A stretch of DNA of 64,000 nt from Gracilinanus agilis (taxonomy: Eukaryota): the NCBI RefSeq assembly GCF_016433145.1, contig NC_058131.1, positions 63,225,253-63,289,252 of the forward strand, written 5' to 3'. The notes beneath the pieces are model-generated. The model was not told the origin of the DNA, ran no database searches, and was given only the letters and a program-made list of their open reading frames with translations. Position numbers and translations under genes: made by a program. The first letter of the stretch is position 1. Each line of letters opens with the position of its first letter. Below are positions 61,479 through 64,000 of the stretch, piece after piece.

Positions 61479-62451
61479 CTACAGAAAAAACAGAGGCTTG
61501 AAACAAGAAGGAAAGTTAGCTTGTGAATAAGAAACCTAGCTAGATCCTAAACACTGCTGGATGCGGGTGAATTACTAGGCTACAATGAAGAGCACTGGAT
61601 CTAGTCAGGAAGACCTGAATTCAAAAATCAAAATTTCCTAGCTGTAGGCCTGGCAAGTCACTCCCCTCCATCAGTTCCCCATTTGTAAAAAGGGGACAAT
61701 AATAGCAACTACTTCCCAGGGTTATTATGAGGATCAAATGAAGTAATATTTCTAGAGTGCTATCTAAATGCCAGCCATTGCTCTCATCTCTTGTCTTCCT
61801 ACCACTGTATGTAATTTATACTCTCAATCTTCTGTGATGGATAAGAGAAGTCCAGGGAGAAATCTGGACCAAGAGCTTGGACTCACAGAATATCTCATTA
61901 TAGTGCTAAGAATGGGGTCTTAAACAAAGAAGCCTTTAACTGTCACTGAAAGTCTAACAATAATGAGAAAGAACTTAGACTCTAAGTGGTAAATAACTGC
62001 TGGCTATTGCTATGTGGCTTCTCTCCTGGCTTCATTCAGGTCTGTGTTATCTTTGGCTAGACCTACAGAAAAGAGAGAGGACAGGGAAGATTGCTTCTCT
62101 GGTACACACTACATAGGCCTTTTTCTTGCCACCTGACTACATACAAAGCCAATCCATAGTCAAGGTTGGGATCTGAGCCATTCTGACATTTGTGATGGTT
62201 CAAATGAGAAATCTCAAGCTACCCTAAGAGTAGCCTTCTGGTGCCTCACTTTAGTGTGGTGTCTCAGGGGTTTTGCCTTCCCATGTGACCCTGGTGTGAC
62301 CAAATGCATGTCCATGGGGTCAAGCCTAGGTAAATGAGGAAGGTCCAATCACCAGAAGTTCCCTGTGAGATAATAATAAACTTAAAGATTTGGAGGCACT
62401 GTGCTGTGCCCTGGTGGAAAATGTGCTCATACAAAACCTTAGGTCTTTTCA

Positions 62452-62568
<117 letters not shown>

Positions 62569-63014
62569 TTACAAAATAAAACAAAATTCAAACAGTTACT
62601 GAGGCTCATGGAATAAAGTAAAATCTCTGAAATTGCATTTATAAAAGCTAAAAAAATAAGTTCCCCCTTGGGTTGTATATTGAAATTTCATTTATTAAAA
62701 AGCATCCTAAAAACCTATCCCACCTTAGATCTAAATCCTATTGATGAAGTTTGCTGACTGATGGGGAAGAAATCATGTATGGAATCTGAGTTACTGAGGA
62801 CTGCTTGACTTGAGCAGAAACAGCAAGTCTGCTAACCATACAAGGTCCCCTGAAGTAGGGAGGGTTGAGTAGCACTGTTAAATACAGGAAGTGGAACAGA
62901 AGAGAGGGAAGTGCACACAGTGGAAAACCCAAGACCATAAGGAAGACTCTTAGTTTGTATCAGGGACATAGAATTATACTTATGAAGCTCCGACTAGTTA
63001 TTAATTTAACACTA

Positions 63015-63293
<279 letters not shown>

Positions 63294-64000
63294 TCACTAA
63301 TGCTCTCCAGGGCAGAGTAGGGGTGAGGTCCTGTTCAGGGCAATCCCAGGAGAATAACTGAAGATTTCACTCCTCCAACCAATGACACATGTACAGTGAG
63401 TAGTAGTAGTTGGGGCCAATGTAATAACAGACCAGAGTTATAATGGAGTGTGACAAATGCTGTCAACACATTGCTAGGCTGACAATCTTATGAACATGGT
63501 TACCTCCTCCAAGATCAAAATCTACCCCTTCCTTGTGTTTCTGTGACTCATTCTCCCTTCTAATTCTCCGAAAGACTCCTTTGATGTACCAGGGACCTTC
63601 TTCTCAATGTCTTTCCATTGTAGCTCTGCATTCAATAGGTGTTTAATAAATGTTTGATGAACTGTTGTAGATGTCAATGAAACAAGAGTATCCATCAGTT
63701 ATATATTGCTTTTGCTCCGTAACCAGTCACCCTCCTCTTCTAATCCCAATCTTGCAGGTTATCTCCTTGACACTGCTTTCTAGAACAAGCCTGATAATAT
63801 ACTTTTCATGCCTCTTCACACCTGCCAGAAGTCTCTCCATGCTCTATGAAGGATTTCCAATTCTAACTCTTTGGTGCCTGGAATTCCATGACTTTCAGTT
63901 ATCTAGCACCTCTATCACCTACATTAAAACGATAGTTCTCTGAATATAGAAGCACTCTGTGATAGCAAAGAACTGGGAAAGGGAGTGCCTATTGACTGGG

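Overview
Marsupial genomic DNA, most likely Monodelphis domestica or a close didelphid, judged from SINE1_Mdo-like SINEs and opossum-type L1s. It has three assembly gaps. The window is syntenic with human 16q22.1 and carries HSF4 (-, 13 coding exons, about 11.4-20.6 kb), FBXL8 (-, 2 coding exons), TRADD (+, 4 coding exons), B3GNT9 (+, single coding exon) and the last 8 coding exons of PHAF1/C16orf70 (-). All exons were placed by hand from splice sites and reading frame. The main unexplained structure is the first ~6.1 kb. After removing an L1 and several SINEs, it reads as a decayed, frameshifted copy of roughly the C-terminal 60% of a Mononegavirales L polymerase gene. Colinear RdRp-adjacent, PRNTase/capping, connector, methyltransferase and CTD motifs resemble paramyxovirus L most. 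The 5'-most piece is inverted in an L1 twin-priming-like geometry, a second diverged copy starts at the left edge, and a perfect 52-bp inverted repeat lies in it. HSF4 is also unusual: it keeps an HSF1-like HR-C motif, has a Ser/Gly minisatellite expansion in exon 11, and its HSF4a reading frame is closed. All homology calls are from remembered reference sequences, not database searches.
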